A stretch of DNA of 62,995 bases, counting the filler, from Intoshia linei (lineage: Eukaryota > Animalia > Orthonectida): NCBI GenBank assembly GCA_001642005.1. It is 13 parts of 13 records of this genome, joined end to end, with 100 filler letters (N's around TTAATTAATTAA, not from the genome) between each part and the next. Parts side by side here need not be neighbours in the genome. Positions count along the whole stretch, not along the records: positions 12,439 to 15,524 come from LWCA01002146.1; positions 15,625 to 25,647 come from LWCA01001317.1; positions 25,748 to 27,046 come from LWCA01002684.1; 10 more parts are not named here. One strand, 5' to 3'. The notes beneath the pieces were generated by a model that was not told where the DNA came from, ran no database searches, and saw only the letters and a program-made list of their open reading frames with translations. Below are positions 12,846 through 27,146 of this stretch, one piece after another (position 1 is the first letter of the stretch; every line of letters begins with the position of its first letter). The translations under genes and the position numbers were made by a program.

Positions 12846-13061
12846 CCCTTTCACTGTCTGATGCAATTTTATGTACTATTACCACACGTCTGGAATGTAT
12901 GTTTTAATTTAAACTTGTATTATTTTTAAATTACCTATGTGAAAATGTATGAAAATAAAAGAATAAAGTTTTTCAAAATTATGCTGTGTATATCATAGAA
13001 TACACAGACGTGTGAAATAAAATTGCTGTGTATAGTATAGAATACACAGACAGTGAAAGGG
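12846..13061. mobile_element. piggyBac-type MITE (216 bp)
   Basis: Perfect 15-bp TIRs CCCTTTCACTGTCTG / CAGACAGTGAAAGGG, flanked by TTAA on both sides. Internal repeat TGCTGTGTAT..ATAGAATACACAGAC occurs twice. Confidence 0.85.
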
Positions 13062-13168
13062 TTAAGGATCGTTTTCGTATAAAGTTTACAATTTTAAGCC
13101 AAAAATATTTTTTGCAATCATAGATATGTAATTTTGGCTAAAATGGTATGTAAACTAAAATTAAAGTA

Positions 13169-14281
13169 CAGTAGAATCTTGATAATACATACAGCTAAAT
13201 TACACAATTATTTATGCAATATTTTTTATTACTAAGACAATTTATAAATGAAAAAGTAATAAAGTAAATATAGCGCATTCTTTAAATTCTTTAACCACGA
13301 GAACGTAACTTTTTCAAATTTAAAAAGACGAAATTAATTATACGATGAAACGAAAATCAATATATGTTTGAAAAAATTGATATTATCAAGAAATTAGAAG
13401 GGAAATCATACACAGTGGTAATAAATATAAATAAATAAATGATATAACTAAAGCAGGTGGCAGCTGAACTTGATATGCCCAGATAGACAATTGTCACAAT
13501 AGCTCGACAAAAAGAACAAATTCTGCAACGAAGTGACGATAGTAAAAAATCTTTAAAAATCAGAAAAACCTTCAAGAAAGGGACAAACGACCAGATGGAT
13601 AAGGAATATTTTATGCATTTCCTTAAAAGAAGAAAATCCAATCTTCCTGTTTTTTGTTACATGTTGCAGGATTATGGACGATAATACCTACAGAAAAATG
13701 ATCCTACGAGTAAATTGAAATGTAGCTACGGTTGGTTACAAAACTTTAAAAAGAGATTTGCAATTTCAAGAAAATATAGATTAGGCTTTAAAAAACGTTG
13801 AAGCATTGATTGTCTTGTCTAGTAAATTTGATATGGACTCAAAGTTGGATTTTTAAGAAAAATACAAAAAAATTACACAACCAAGTCTAAATATTTGTAG
13901 ATTAAATTTATTTTTAAAACTTTTTCATCATAGTCGTTTAATTAAATTATATCACCATCATTTAATATATAATAGTATACTACAGGGGTGTCAGACTCAA
14001 TTTTCTGGTCAGGCCCATTGTGACAAAAAAATATCATCATTAAATTAATTAAGAAATTTAATAGAATATATAAATAAAGAAATAAGTTAAAAATTTTGTT
14101 ATAATGCGGCCGCATAATTGAACCCTGGTATACTACAGTATAGTTATAAAATTATAGATTTTTAATTTTTTTAAATAATTAATAAATTAAAAACGCGGCA
14201 ATATTGTTTCATAAACATTATTTTAATAAATTGCGGTTCTTTTCGTATGTTCTGTATAAATTATGACCTTTTCGTATTTTT
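13169..14281 (+). mobile_element. pogo/Tigger-like element, internally deleted (HTH_psq + CENP-B HTH remnant), copy 1
   Basis: TA|CAGTAGAATCTTGATAA terminus. From ATG 13345: MKRKSIYMFEKIDIIKKLEGKSYTV^VAAELDMPR.TIVTI, then KLKCSYGWLQNFKKRF. Contains stops. Near-identical to 44890-46110. Confidence 0.8.
13983..14127. mobile_element. hAT (Charlie-like) MITE nested in the pogo element
   Basis: CAGGGGTGTCAGACTC ... CATAATTGAACCCTG termini. Same family as 17462-17649 and 46904-47278. Also present in pogo copy 2. Confidence 0.7.
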
Positions 14282-14489
14282 GAAAAATAAAATATAGCAT
14301 AGATTACTCTATTATATACATAATACTCTATATCAAATTTACAAATAACACCATGTACCATGATACCCCCAAAATATCCACAAGAAGTCGTGTGCAATGA
14401 TGTCAATAGTGAATAGCAATTAAAAAAACCACCCTCGAAATTATCTACACCAACATACAAAGCCTAAACAATAAAAAACAGGAATTACT

Positions 14490-15524
14490 CATATATCTTG
14501 AATGCAACCACACGGACATTATACTACTGACAAAAACTTGAATTACCGACCAAATTCCCTTTTCTCTCTACACATTACCCAATTTTCAACCACCGGTCAC
14601 CAATAACAGAAAATTTGGGGGTTGCGCAATATACATTCATCAAAACCTCACCTTTTCTCAACTACCTCTAATGACGAAATCCCTTAAATAGAGCATTGCT
14701 GGATCAAATTCACCACCACTGAAAACGAAAATATTATTATAGGTTGCATCTACAAGTCTCCAGCCAGTTCAAATGAGTCAAATAAAATGTTGATCAAACT
14801 ACTAGGTAAGGTCTCCGACAAACATGACAGACTGTTGATAACTGGCAACTTCAATTGTCCAGCAATCAATTGTATTATCTCCGCAATTTTGTATACAACA
14901 ATGAGCTCAAACAAATCGTAAAACTAAATACACGATATAGAAGTACATTCTCATCTCTACTAAATCTAATAATCTCTCGAAATGTACTTACCAACAACCT
15001 ACAACACGAACCGCCGTTAGGAAAAAGCGATCATATATTACTTAAATTCGATATATCTAATCATGTCAAGCGATGCTCTCCATCTCAAACAGTCAAGTAT
15101 AATTTCACCAAAGGAAACTATGAGTACCTCTCTGAGTTGGTTGCAAGTGTAGATTGGTCCTTTATCTATACGGGTGATTTTGATGAGGCTTACGGTAAAT
15201 TTATTAATTTAATTAAAAACTTTATAAGCGCATCCGTTTCTACAAAACATAGAAATAGTTGCTCATACAAATCTATCTGGTTCAATAAGAGCTTAAAACA
15301 CCTATCAAATGTCAAAAAACGAAAATGGTCCACATATAAAAAACATTCTTCCGTTGCAAATTATGATATATACAAAAAAGCAAATTTAAAATTCACAAAA
15401 TCGATACGCGCTAGACAGTTTAATTTTGAAAAAAACCTATGTGACAAAATCCACCAGCACCCAAAAGCATACTACACGTATGTTTCATCAAAACTTAAAC
15501 ACAAAAGACAAATCCAACTCCACG
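14490..15524 (+). mobile_element. CR1/L2-clade non-LTR retrotransposon ORF2 fragment (APE endonuclease and linker), degenerate
   Basis: GCAIYIH, EHCWIKF, IIIGCIYKSP, LLITGNFNC, PPLGKSDHILLKF, YNFTKGNYE..VDW, PKAYYTYVSSK. Frameshifted and truncated by a gap. Confidence 0.8.
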
Positions 15525-16846
15525 NNNNNNNNNNNNNNNNNNNNNNNNNNNNNNNNNNNNNNNNNNNNTTAATTAATTAANNNNNNNNNNNNNNNNNNNN
15601 NNNNNNNNNNNNNNNNNNNNNNNNGTTTCAACTTCATAGCGTTCTTAGTTTTCAATTTATTAACAAATTAAAAGGGTCAGTTAATTTAGGTTCATCCTGT
15701 ACATTATATTTGTAATTGTATGAGAAATAAATAGATTTACTCACTAAATAAAAATTTAAAGTTGAAAAATATTAAACACAATATATTGCTATCTGGACAT
15801 AATGATGTCGTTTTTAATATTCTCCATCCTGTTTAGAAGTATTATTTTAGTCTAACATTTAAAATGTGAATATTTTACAATCTAAAATTAATAAATTTAA
15901 TTATCATTACCGTTACAATATGATACAGTAATATTTTATGTGTAATTTAAATGTTTACTAACTAAATTATTTCATTATATGACACATTCACGACATGTCT
16001 CGACAAACTTGCTAAGAATACACATCAAGGTATGATTAACATCAATTAAAAGCTATCTAATTACAAAAAAAAATTAAGTTTTCATCATTCCTAGAATTTA
16101 TTACATCAATTTTAGTGATCTGTTTAATAAATTGACACACTGTGTAATATCTAAAACTAGTAAATTTCAATTACTATTGTAATTATCTATAAAATGTATT
16201 GTTATTATTTGCGCCATTTTTCTACAGGTAATATTTTCTCAATTTGTACGACTACTATTAAAATTTTAATGTTAATAATTAATTTAATTGTATGTTATAG
16301 GAACAATGAATGTTGACAAGTCTATACATTTAGAAAAAAGTTGCTATTATATTATTGATGATATGGATTCAAGTCGGAGTTAGGTTCATTATAATATTAT
16401 AATTACACATATAATACACTATTTTATAAAATTTGATGTGAAACATCATACACCACTAAACGTTTATAGTATTTTTTCAAATTTATTTTTAGTTTTGTGC
16501 ATTTAGATTTCTGTATTAACAATATTATTAACAATTTTAGTAAAAATAATATATGATAACAAATTAAATTACAATCTAATTGGAAGATTATTTTAAAATC
16601 TTATTTATTACACTATTATTTATTATTATTTATTAAGACTATTACACTGGTCGAAGGTCAAAATTATCGATGATTTTAATTATGACTAAACGATAGAGCA
16701 TATCATTTTACATAGAAAAATGAAATATTATCAAAATTGATAACGTAAATTTTATACAGTTCACCTATGAAAATGGCATTTTGGCCATTTTTTAAATATT
16801 AATAACTATGGTTAAAGTAATATATATAATGATATAATTTATATTA

Positions 16847-17357
16847 CAGTGCTCGACATAAGTCTTAGGCACCTCAATTGTAATTAATTTAAACACTCCT
16901 GGTTCATGATTTAAGACATGTTCTTATATCATATCTAGTGTATGATCAAGAACAAATATTTAACAATCCTAAAAAAGTAAAAACTATAAAAAAAATTTAA
17001 TAATTAATGAAATATAGGTATTTTTAATTAAAATTTTACTAAACAAATAGTTATTTTTAATTTATAGATCATTAGTAATTTATTAACTTTTTCGTTTTTA
17101 TGTATATTTAATTAATTTTAATTGAAATTATCAAGGTGCCTAAGACTTATGTTGTTAATATTTTTAATATAGCAAACAAGACCGTATTAAAATGTATCTT
17201 TTTATAGGTAGTTTATGACATCAACATGGTTATATATTGGTGAGAGCATTCTTTAATTAGTCTGATATTTAATTTCAAGTTCAAGATTCGCCTTATTAAC
17301 TTTAAAGTGGTTTTTAATAAGAATGTGTAGGGTGTCTAACACTTATGTCGCGCATTG
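16847..17357. mobile_element. Tc1/mariner-type MITE
   Basis: TA|CAGTGCTCGACATAAGT ... ACTTATGTCGCGCATTG|TA imperfect TIRs, with an internal copy of the TIR motif (GGTGCCTAAGACTTATG, ~17135). Confidence 0.7.
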
Positions 17358-17461
17358 TATAATGTATGTACATTAAATATTGTTAACTAAATTATAATTG
17401 TAGAAGATTCTTCACGGATTAATTATAAAATAAATAAATATTAAACAATTAGTGTCTATAG

Positions 17462-17649
17462 CAGAGGTGTAGACTCCAGTTGCTTGGCGGGCCAAATGTG
17501 CAAAAAAAAAAATTATTACGCGGGGTGCACAAAAAAATGTTATGATTAGCGTCTACTGTATGGGTAAAAAATTTTGACATAATAATAAAAATTTATATTT
17601 TAACACGGGCTGCATATTCCATTATTTGTGCCGCATAATTGACACCCTG
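17462..17649. mobile_element. hAT (Charlie-like) MITE
   Basis: CAGAGGTGT...GACACCCTG termini. 8-bp TSD GTCTATAG/GTTTATAG. Confidence 0.75.
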
Positions 17650-20600
17650 GTTTATAGCATATTAGAGATTAAATAAACTTAATTTATTTATTATAATATC
17701 GTTAAATTTAAAAAATCATCTTTGTATAATTTATTTTTAATCTGCTGTTTTTAAATAAACTTGTATCCAATGTTATTTTACTATAAATTAATATTTAATA
17801 TTTAGCATATTAAATACAATAATGTATGCTCTATTTTGGCATATAATTTTATTCATATAGATGACTACATGGTATTAATATGAACCCATGTTCATCGATA
17901 AAAAAAAGTGTTATTTTTCGTACCAGTGTTATATAGTATATACATTTATATGTATGCGGTATATTATTAAAATTACTTTCTAATTTAATATTATATTAAT
18001 ATATTATGTACATATGATATATATATGTGTATATATGGTTGTTTAACCATAATAATACATAGTATTTTAATTTTTTATATTTTACGATCTAATTTTTAAA
18101 TGATATTAATAGTTTTTTACTTTGATCGTGCTGAAAAAATAAATCTTTGATTGCAAATATTTTTTAAATATTTGTGCTCGCGATTCAAATGAAGATATTT
18201 TTGACATACAAAAAATTAATTGTTGTATTTATATTAATAACAATACAATGTAAAATGTATTTTGAAATATTCTCCTGTTCCTAATTAGAGAAACCATATT
18301 TTAAAAAAATGCTTCTGAAATGGAACAATAACGATAGATTGAAAAGATAATTTATTTACTATCTAGGTTTATAATTTATTTTTGATTTGATTAATTTTAT
18401 TTGTAGTGTATAGCAAAAAATCTATGACATAGTATATCAATATTTACCGACTGAAAAAGGTTTAATTAAATTAATTATAAACTAATTGGTTTATTTTAAT
18501 TTATGTATAATGTTCTATTCAAATTACCCACTTTATTAAATGATAAAATATTTTCATAATTATAATATAATTAATAATTATATTATATCAGTTAATTAAC
18601 ATGATTATTTCATTTTAGTCGATTTATTACTTACTAAAATTAAAAAATTTAAGAAGTGATTTGTGCAAGTTACACATTATAAAGTAAGTAAATTTTATTG
18701 ACTGTATTTGATTTTATATGAATTTTTTACTGTCTTGAAATAATTGAAATAATTTTTCATTTTATGATTAAATGATATATTTTATACACCCGTTTTCAGC
18801 TTTATTGTATTTAAATTACATTCTATAAATATGGTTTATTAATTATATTTATAATTATGTTTGTTAATTATTTATTTTTAAGTCGCGTTCAAATTTAAAA
18901 ATACCTCCTAAACACGTTTAATGTAATTGGTTAGAAAGATAAAGAATAAATTATGAACATGGATATATTATTACTGCCTTAATAAGATTTATTAACTTTA
19001 AATGTTATGATTTGACATATCACATGATTAATAATTAGTAAATGTACTTATTTATGTTTAATGTAATTCAATTGTATGTCTATATGTTATTTTTTGTGTA
19101 ATACAAATCGACCCGTCACAGTGACTTCATAACCGGTAACCCTGGATTTTTGAAACCCTTTTTAAAAAAATATGCACCAAATCGCAGTCCGATTTTATTT
19201 TTAGAATGTTTTAATAAAGTATAGTATGTATTGCAAAATTATATTATATACCATCTATTTGAAGAATTTCATAAATGATATATATTCAATATAAGAATGT
19301 AAAATTGAATAATGTTTTATAAATAATTCAAAAAAATATATTAGTAATAATTAGTCAAATTAATCTTTTTAAGTTATGTTACTGTAGTTTAATTACCAAC
19401 TATTAATTATGATGAGTATATAGTTGAATCCGAGTTTTCGATAAAACTCATCGTAGTAATACATTTAAAAAAGTATACAATGGACAGTGTCCATTTGACA
19501 TGTTTGGAAAGTTAGTGTTCATTATATACAGGTCTGATTGTAACTTTGATTATCAAAGTATGATTATCAAAGTATTTTCTATCATATTTATTATTAAATA
19601 AATAAAATTATTTACTAACTATTAAATATTTAAGGTGAAATTAATATAAGTAAATTTAATAATTTAAAATCGTTTTACGAAGTGTAAATGACAAGTGTTT
19701 GGTTTATAAAAGATTTTAGTAATTGAAAAACTACTAAAATGATGTTAAACCAGTGGCAGTTTTAAAATGTTTTACTGGGATCATTAAATCCCCATTAGAC
19801 TGTTGGCTATATTATTGTATTTAAAAATTGATTAGTATCAGTTATTAAAACTAATAATAATTTGTAATAATACATAAAGTAATAAATTATATCTTATATC
19901 TGTTTAAACAGCTAGTATGGACTCGTTCGAACTTGTGTAAATAAAAAAATTCTGCGAAATTATAATTTATGTACATTGTATTGTTAATTTCATGGGAATA
20001 GAAATCAAGGTTAAAAATGAAACTTCAAAGCATCTTTGATCCCAATAATATAATGAAAATTTTATATCATTTACCAACTTTATTGAAATTTATTAATTCA
20101 ATCAAATTATTAAAATGTATATTTAAATTCTATTACCTTCTATAATAAAGTTTATTTGTTAAAAAAATAATTCGAAAAGTAAAATGTATTTCTATCAATG
20201 AATCAAAATTTACTATTTACTATAGCTAATTAATTAATTATAACATGTATTTTTAAATTTTTTATAAAATTTCATTTTCAAAACTTACTTGCTATACATA
20301 ATGCAAAATTTACAATACTAATAATATTAATATAATAATTACAATAATTTTCGATAAAAATCAACAAATTACGCAAGAAATAATCTAAAATATTATTGGT
20401 TTTAATAAATCTGTAGTGATACAATGTATATGTTGATATTAATGTATTGTATTGTAATGTATTGTATTATGTATTAAATTTTAATTTATTATTACAAGCT
20501 AGAATTGTAATAATATAAGTACGATCAAAATAAATAAGTATCAATTAGGCATGTAAATTTTAGTATTTATACTATAATAACAATGTTTTTACATAATAAT

Positions 20601-21749
20601 ACTTGGTACTTTAAAAAATAATTACTTCCAACAACTAAATTAATAATAAAATATTTATAAAGTAAAAATTCAAGTATTTACCCACTATTTGAGAAAATTA
20701 TTAAGTTTTATAATTATTGTAAATTATAGTTAAAAGTAAAAACATTGAATTTTTATTTACGCACTACATTAAAATTAAACCACATATTATATATACTATA
20801 TTGATAATATAATAGTTATTAATCAAACAATTAACGAAATGATAATTAGAATTACCAACTTTAAGATAAAATTAGAAAACAGCATTCTTAAATACGTGTG
20901 ACACCCTAATGGAGGCGTATGATGTATATTGTAGGTCACAATAACATTTTAATATTACTTACTAGATAAATAAATAATTACCTATTTTTTTATATATTTA
21001 CTATTATTAAATTGATCAGTGTGAACAGGTGATCTCCGGGAAACTTTTAGAAATTATTCTACACCCTTGATCAATATTATATATTTTATTAAAATAATAT
21101 AAGATAAAAATCCATTACATACTAAACATAAAGTACTATACTCAACAAATAATATTATTATACTTGGGCCTACACTTTAAAACCTATAATTAAAATCTAT
21201 TAATCTTACGAGCTAAAAATAATTTTTTATATGATGTTGCGTATACAAAATAATAAATCGTTGCATAATTGGTAATTACCAGCTATAAGTAATATTTAAA
21301 TCAGGGGTCGGAAACCTTTTGCGTCTCGTGGTCAATTTTTTTATATCAAAAAATTATATGGGCGCCGTATTTAAAAATTTATACATGATAGATTTCAATC
21401 TTAACTGAAGAGAAATATTTCTAGTATATTCAACAAAATAAAAGCCGGGACGATCTGAAAATTCAGTATTACAAAGATTATAATGAGCCAATTATAGAAG
21501 AAAATGTTTAAAATGGTGATTTAAAGTTGAAAAATTTAAAAATAAATAATGTACATATTTACTCAAAGGGCCACCAAAATTATTCTGTGGCCATTTTAAT
21601 ATATGCATTAATTATACATTACTATCATAATTTATATAAAACTGGTGGTTTAGGTGTCTGTGTTATCGTTTATTTCAATAACTATGAGTACTATAATTAT
21701 AAAAAACATAAAGTCCATGTCAGTTATGTCGGGGAGGGGAGAACGTAAG

Positions 21750-22438
21750 ATAAATTTCAATCTCCGAAACTTACATCTTCCCAAATTATACTAAAACTCC
21801 AATTTTTTTTTTTTTATTTTCTTGAATTTAAAAAATATTCACTGTGGTACAGATTTTGAAATCATGAACATTATCATAAATGTAAATTTCAAAAAAGTAA
21901 AAATTATTATATTCTTCAGGGTCAAAACCACAAATTACCTCTTATTTAAAAATGAACAAAGTTCTATAATTTTATATAACTTAGATTTTGTGATATTTTT
22001 TAAAATCATAAACATTATTATAAATCGCAACCTTAACAAAATTCATTTTTACAATAAAAACCCAAGATTACCCTTTTTTTAAAATATGAAAAATCCTAGA
22101 ATTGAATAATTTTTTACAGTTCATACAATTAATTAACACACTTAAAAAATTTTAATCTTTTTTATTTGGTAACTATTTTATTCAAAAAAATTTGAAGTAA
22201 TTAATTGTCCTAGAATGTATAAAATATTAGTCCAATTTTTGATATTATTACAAAATTTCAACCCTAGAAATCTACGCATTTCCGGTGAAAAATAACTTTT
22301 AGTATATTATCAACCAATATTTTTAAAATTCTTGGATTCAAAATGCAAACATTCATCTTAATTAAAAATTAAATTAAAAAGTGAGCCCTTCATTAGAGCT
22401 ATCTGCTATTTGTACGAACTACATAACAGTTAAGTTAG
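21750..22438 (+). mobile_element. Helitron-like repeat copy with internal tandem subrepeats
   Basis: Shares CCGAAACTTACATCTT and GGTCAAAACC subrepeats with 320-689 and ~44150-44680. Ends in TTGTACGAACTACATAACAG...TTAG. Confidence 0.55.
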
Positions 22439-25400
22439 TATTTATATAATTTCTACATAACATTAACCTTTTTTTCATTTGTTATAAACATATAATTGCG
22501 TAAATTTTTACTAACTAAATACAAAAATCATAAATTATACTAATTTGTTTCAGTGAATGTATAATATACAATGTATATACTATTTTTAAATATTTACTTC
22601 CTACCGTGTTTATAATAATAAATTATTAAAAATAATTATTATTATTATATTATAATTTCATTAAATATATAAATTAAGCATTCACCATCTTAAAATGTAA
22701 TTTTATACATTGTTATACACAATCTATTTAAATTGTAAAATACAGCATACAGGTTGTACCATTTAGATCTGGCTTCACTACCGTTTAGTTCCTAATTGGA
22801 ACTTTTCAATCAACTTGTATTAGAACAAATGTTTTAATTGACTTGAGATACCGTTGTACAATTTCGCGTCAATTTGGATTTCATTTTTATTACGAAAATT
22901 ATGATAAATACCTCACTTTTAAGGGCAAATTTTACTAAATCTAGAATAAAATATTATGAGTGGATTTTTGAGAACGACTCATAAACAATTAAGAGATGCA
23001 CCATCACACATTATCATGGCCTGTTTATTGTTTATTGTCTGTGTAGACCCGAGCCAGATGAAAATTGTAATTTTAATAATTTTTTTTTAAAATTGGACGC
23101 CTATACCTTCTTTACTCGATCGTTTATTGCCTAAAAATTAATAACAGCAGTTGCAAATCGCATTAACATTATAATTTTGATATACTTAATAAATGTTCCA
23201 ACATTACCTATTAATAAATTAAAATATTAGGCCCTCATGATTGTAGCCCGGACATATAGCCCCTAACTCTCTGTTCGTTACTCTTACTATATTATTCATA
23301 CTTAATTTCTTATTGTTCGTTCAAAGACATCATTTTAAATCTTCAATGAGTAATTTTGACTGATTTTGACTAAATCGTAGAAATTGGGTTAATATTCAAG
23401 GTATAATGTTAGATAAAATGGTGTCCAATTAATTAGAGTAATTTAAAAATTATATAATGTATTTATTACAAGCTAATTTGCACATGATAAATTCAAATAT
23501 TATTTTAATTATCGTGAAGAATATTACTAGCTAAACAATATATCATGTTTTTTTTAAATAGGAATTAGGACATTACAATTGGAAATATAATTTGTATATT
23601 AAACTTAGTTTTACTAACTAGATTGAAAATTAAAAATAACATATCTTGTTAATAATTTAAGTTATGTTAGATGATTAGGGCTAGGTTTATTCTGACCTGT
23701 AAATTATTACAGCGCACCCTATGGATTTATGCATTATAACAAAACTAGTATTGTAAAATGAAAATTATACGCTAGAGATGTGATAGTTATTATTTCATTG
23801 CAATACATTTAAATTAAATTATGTAATCTAATCCAGTGGTTCCAACACTAATCAATTCTAACCGTAATCAATTAAAATTTTTATCGCGGACAATTAAAGT
23901 GAAATTCCTAGGCACATAAAAAAATTTATAAAAAACGTAATAAATTGACTTCTAAATAATAAAAATTTTTCAAGGAACACTACTTATTTCCATACAAGCA
24001 ATTGGAAAAATTTTAAGTCTAACCTGTCCATAATAAATTTCGATGATAATAAACTAGTTTTAATTAACATTAAAATATAATACATGATTTTATAGTACAT
24101 TTCTTATATATTCATTACAGTTAGCGATTTTAAAATAATGAATGTAAAAAAATAAAAATATTTATTAACACATAGGGTATAATGTATAAGTATATTTAAG
24201 GGTATAAAGTCATGCAAAAAATATTAAAAAAAATTCTCTTTAAATTATCGCACTCGTTTCATTATCAAAACAATAACAATTGGGCTTTTTGATCCGTAAG
24301 ATGTAAGTTTATGAGGTTTAAATTTATTTTGCGTTAAAAATATTATATAAAATTATTAATTTTTTTATAACTAAGACAATTTTAAATGTATAGCTAATAC
24401 ATTTTTTATAGCTAAATTACTAATAATTTTATACACATTAATTATATTTTTAAATTATAAAAAATCCAAATCGCACATTAAAATGTCACATAAATATTTT
24501 TTTAACAAATTCAAAAACATACCCAATAGATTAGGTGTAATTAAAACAAATCACAATCTGATGACTAATTTTGAAAATGACTCATTAACGACTGTGCGTT
24601 GTCAATTAAGTAATTAACAAAAAATAGCTAAATTTGAGTGTATTTTTATGTTTTATTAATTTTTTTTACAAAAACTAAAATTCCTGCTTTTTTTGTGAAG
24701 AAAAATTAAAAATGTTTTATATTTTAATACAACGCGTTCAGCAGCATCATTTACAATTGATTTTATTCTATAATAACTAAAATTTTTTGTATAATTATAA
24801 TTATTCTTATGATTTTGTTTGGCGTTTGAACAATGTTTGTGGGATAAATATATGTAGACACTTTTTCTAACTTTTTTAAAATGTTAATCTAATTTTATAA
24901 TAAACCTTAAGATAGTCATAATGCAACCAAAATTTTATGTATCTTCAATATACAAATAATAAATAAATGTACCAATAAAATAAATAATTTTATAAATTTT
25001 AACCTAAAATATATTCTAAAGTTTAAAATCTAAACGATTATGTAATTATTCAAACTATTTTGTTAAAATTTATTTAAAACCGTGACTATATTTTTAATTT
25101 TTTATTATATTGTAGCTAAATTTAATGCTCGTTTATATTTTTTAAGTAAAATTAAGTGTAAGTTTTTGCAAAACGTTAATGCGTATTAATTATATTTATT
25201 AATCCACATAAATTGTCGTATTTAAGCCTACTCCATTGTAAATTTCATCATCTTAACAGATTAAACAAAATAAATTATAATTTTATATATAAGTTTAGTT
25301 TTAAAAAAATACCATTGTCTATTTTATTTCACCGTCGCACTATTATGTGATATTAGCATTATGAATTTGTTCAATTTATTAGACGTAATTTTAATCAAGA

Positions 25401-25996
25401 AATAAAATAATATTATGAAAATTATCATACGAAATGTTTTCAAAAATACATTTGGCACTTCTGACATGAAACATATTTTATCACAATATTACAAAAATAA
25501 ATAATTAATCAATAAAGTATACAATTAACAAATATAAACGATTATTAACTTTGTACACAAAATAAAAAGAAATTCAAATACAGTAATGATTTTTAATAAA
25601 TTTTCATATAAATCCTTAAATTAATTATATTCTCGTTTATAATATATNNNNNNNNNNNNNNNNNNNNNNNNNNNNNNNNNNNNNNNNNNNNTTAATTAAT
25701 TAANNNNNNNNNNNNNNNNNNNNNNNNNNNNNNNNNNNNNNNNNNNNGCAAAATATTTGTTGAAATTTTTATCAATATTAATAATAAATTTAGAGAAACT
25801 GCGGAAATAATACTACGACCTGAATATGCTCAATACATGATTGAAAGTATTCCTAGAATTCCCTACAAACCATGTATTAAAGAAGTGGCTAGAATTGAAA
25901 ATGGCTTAAAAATGAGGTAAATCGTTAACTTAATTCAGTGTTTCTCAATCTATACCTCTGGAGCACTAGTTTGACCAATTAATAAGTATATGTCCC

Positions 25997-26293
25997 CAGG
26001 GCCGTGGAGAGGGGCTAGGGGCCATATGCCCGGCTCTACAATCATGAGGGTCTACTTTTTTAATTTATTAGTAAATAATGTTGAAAATTTTCTTAAGTAT
26101 ACCATAATTTTAAATTACCAATGCGATTTCCAAGGGTTATTTTTAATTTTTAAATAATTATCTATGATGATATTAATATATTTACTATAATGAATGATCG
26201 ATTCAGCAATGTGTAGAGGTCCCATTTTTGAAAATTTTTTATGACCTACAATTTCCATCTGACCGGACCTACTGCTGGCTCTCCACGACCCTG
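25997..26293. mobile_element. hAT-type MITE
   Basis: TIRs CAGGGCCGTGGAGAG / CTCTCCACGACCCTG. Decayed 8-bp TSD TATGTCCC/CATGTGCC. Related pieces at ~10565-10650 and ~23040-23270. Confidence 0.7.
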
Positions 26294-26645
26294 CATGTGC
26301 CAGCGAAAAATTTAAAAACGAGCTATATACCATTTCATAAGGATTATACTATTAAATTTATTGAAATGTAAACCATAAATTCTCTCAGATTCAAAATTAT
26401 TTAAAAACTGTCTCAGAAAATAGTTTTTTAACATGGGGAGTAATTAATTAAAATACTGACATTTTCTGTATTTTCAACATAAAATTGTCAGTATACACAT
26501 TAGAACATCAGAATCAGTGGCGACTCTGAGGTCAAAACGTTACTCGTGCTCAACACAGTACCATATATAAACTTAATATCACTACAATTAATTAACTTTA
26601 AATTATATTTAATTATCTATAACTATTATATATACATATATTCTA

Positions 26646-27046
26646 TTAAACGTGGTTTAATGGAAAACTCATCCATAATCCGAGAATATAGTTCTCCATT
26701 TCTCTTAACAATTCCTTTTCAATAGATATTCTGGTCATACTGGAGAGTCTATCTTGCACCATTGTACACCTCAGATATGATCTAATTCTATTGAGCGTCG
26801 AAAAACTTCTTTCATTAGAAACCGAAGTTATAGGGATAGTGAGTAATAATTCCATACACTCTGGTAAGAAATTTAATAGATCAGTTATATATATTGCAAT
26901 AATTTCTGAATTGCGGTACATTTCTTACAATCTTCATTCGCGTATATATATTTTAATTCGCTAGTTAAAGATGATATATCAAAAATATCATGATATATTG
27001 AGTTCAACGCCGATATATGATGAGCCGGAAATAAAATAGAAAATTC
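26646..27046 (-). pseudogene. hAT transposase C-terminal dimerisation domain (ZMYM1-like) fragment
   Basis: LLLTIPITSVSNERSFSTLNRIRSYLRCTMVQDRLSSMTRISIEKE. Confidence 0.85.
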
Positions 27047-27146
27047 NNNNNNNNNNNNNNNNNNNNNNNNNNNNNNNNNNNNNNNNNNNNTTAATTAATT
27101 AANNNNNNNNNNNNNNNNNNNNNNNNNNNNNNNNNNNNNNNNNNNN

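Noticed and set aside
15625-25647. 10-kb very AT-rich tract as a possible hidden gene or RNA locus
   Set aside because: Only MITE/Helitron remnants and low-complexity short ORFs were found. No spliceable exon chain or RNA gene was recognisable by eye.
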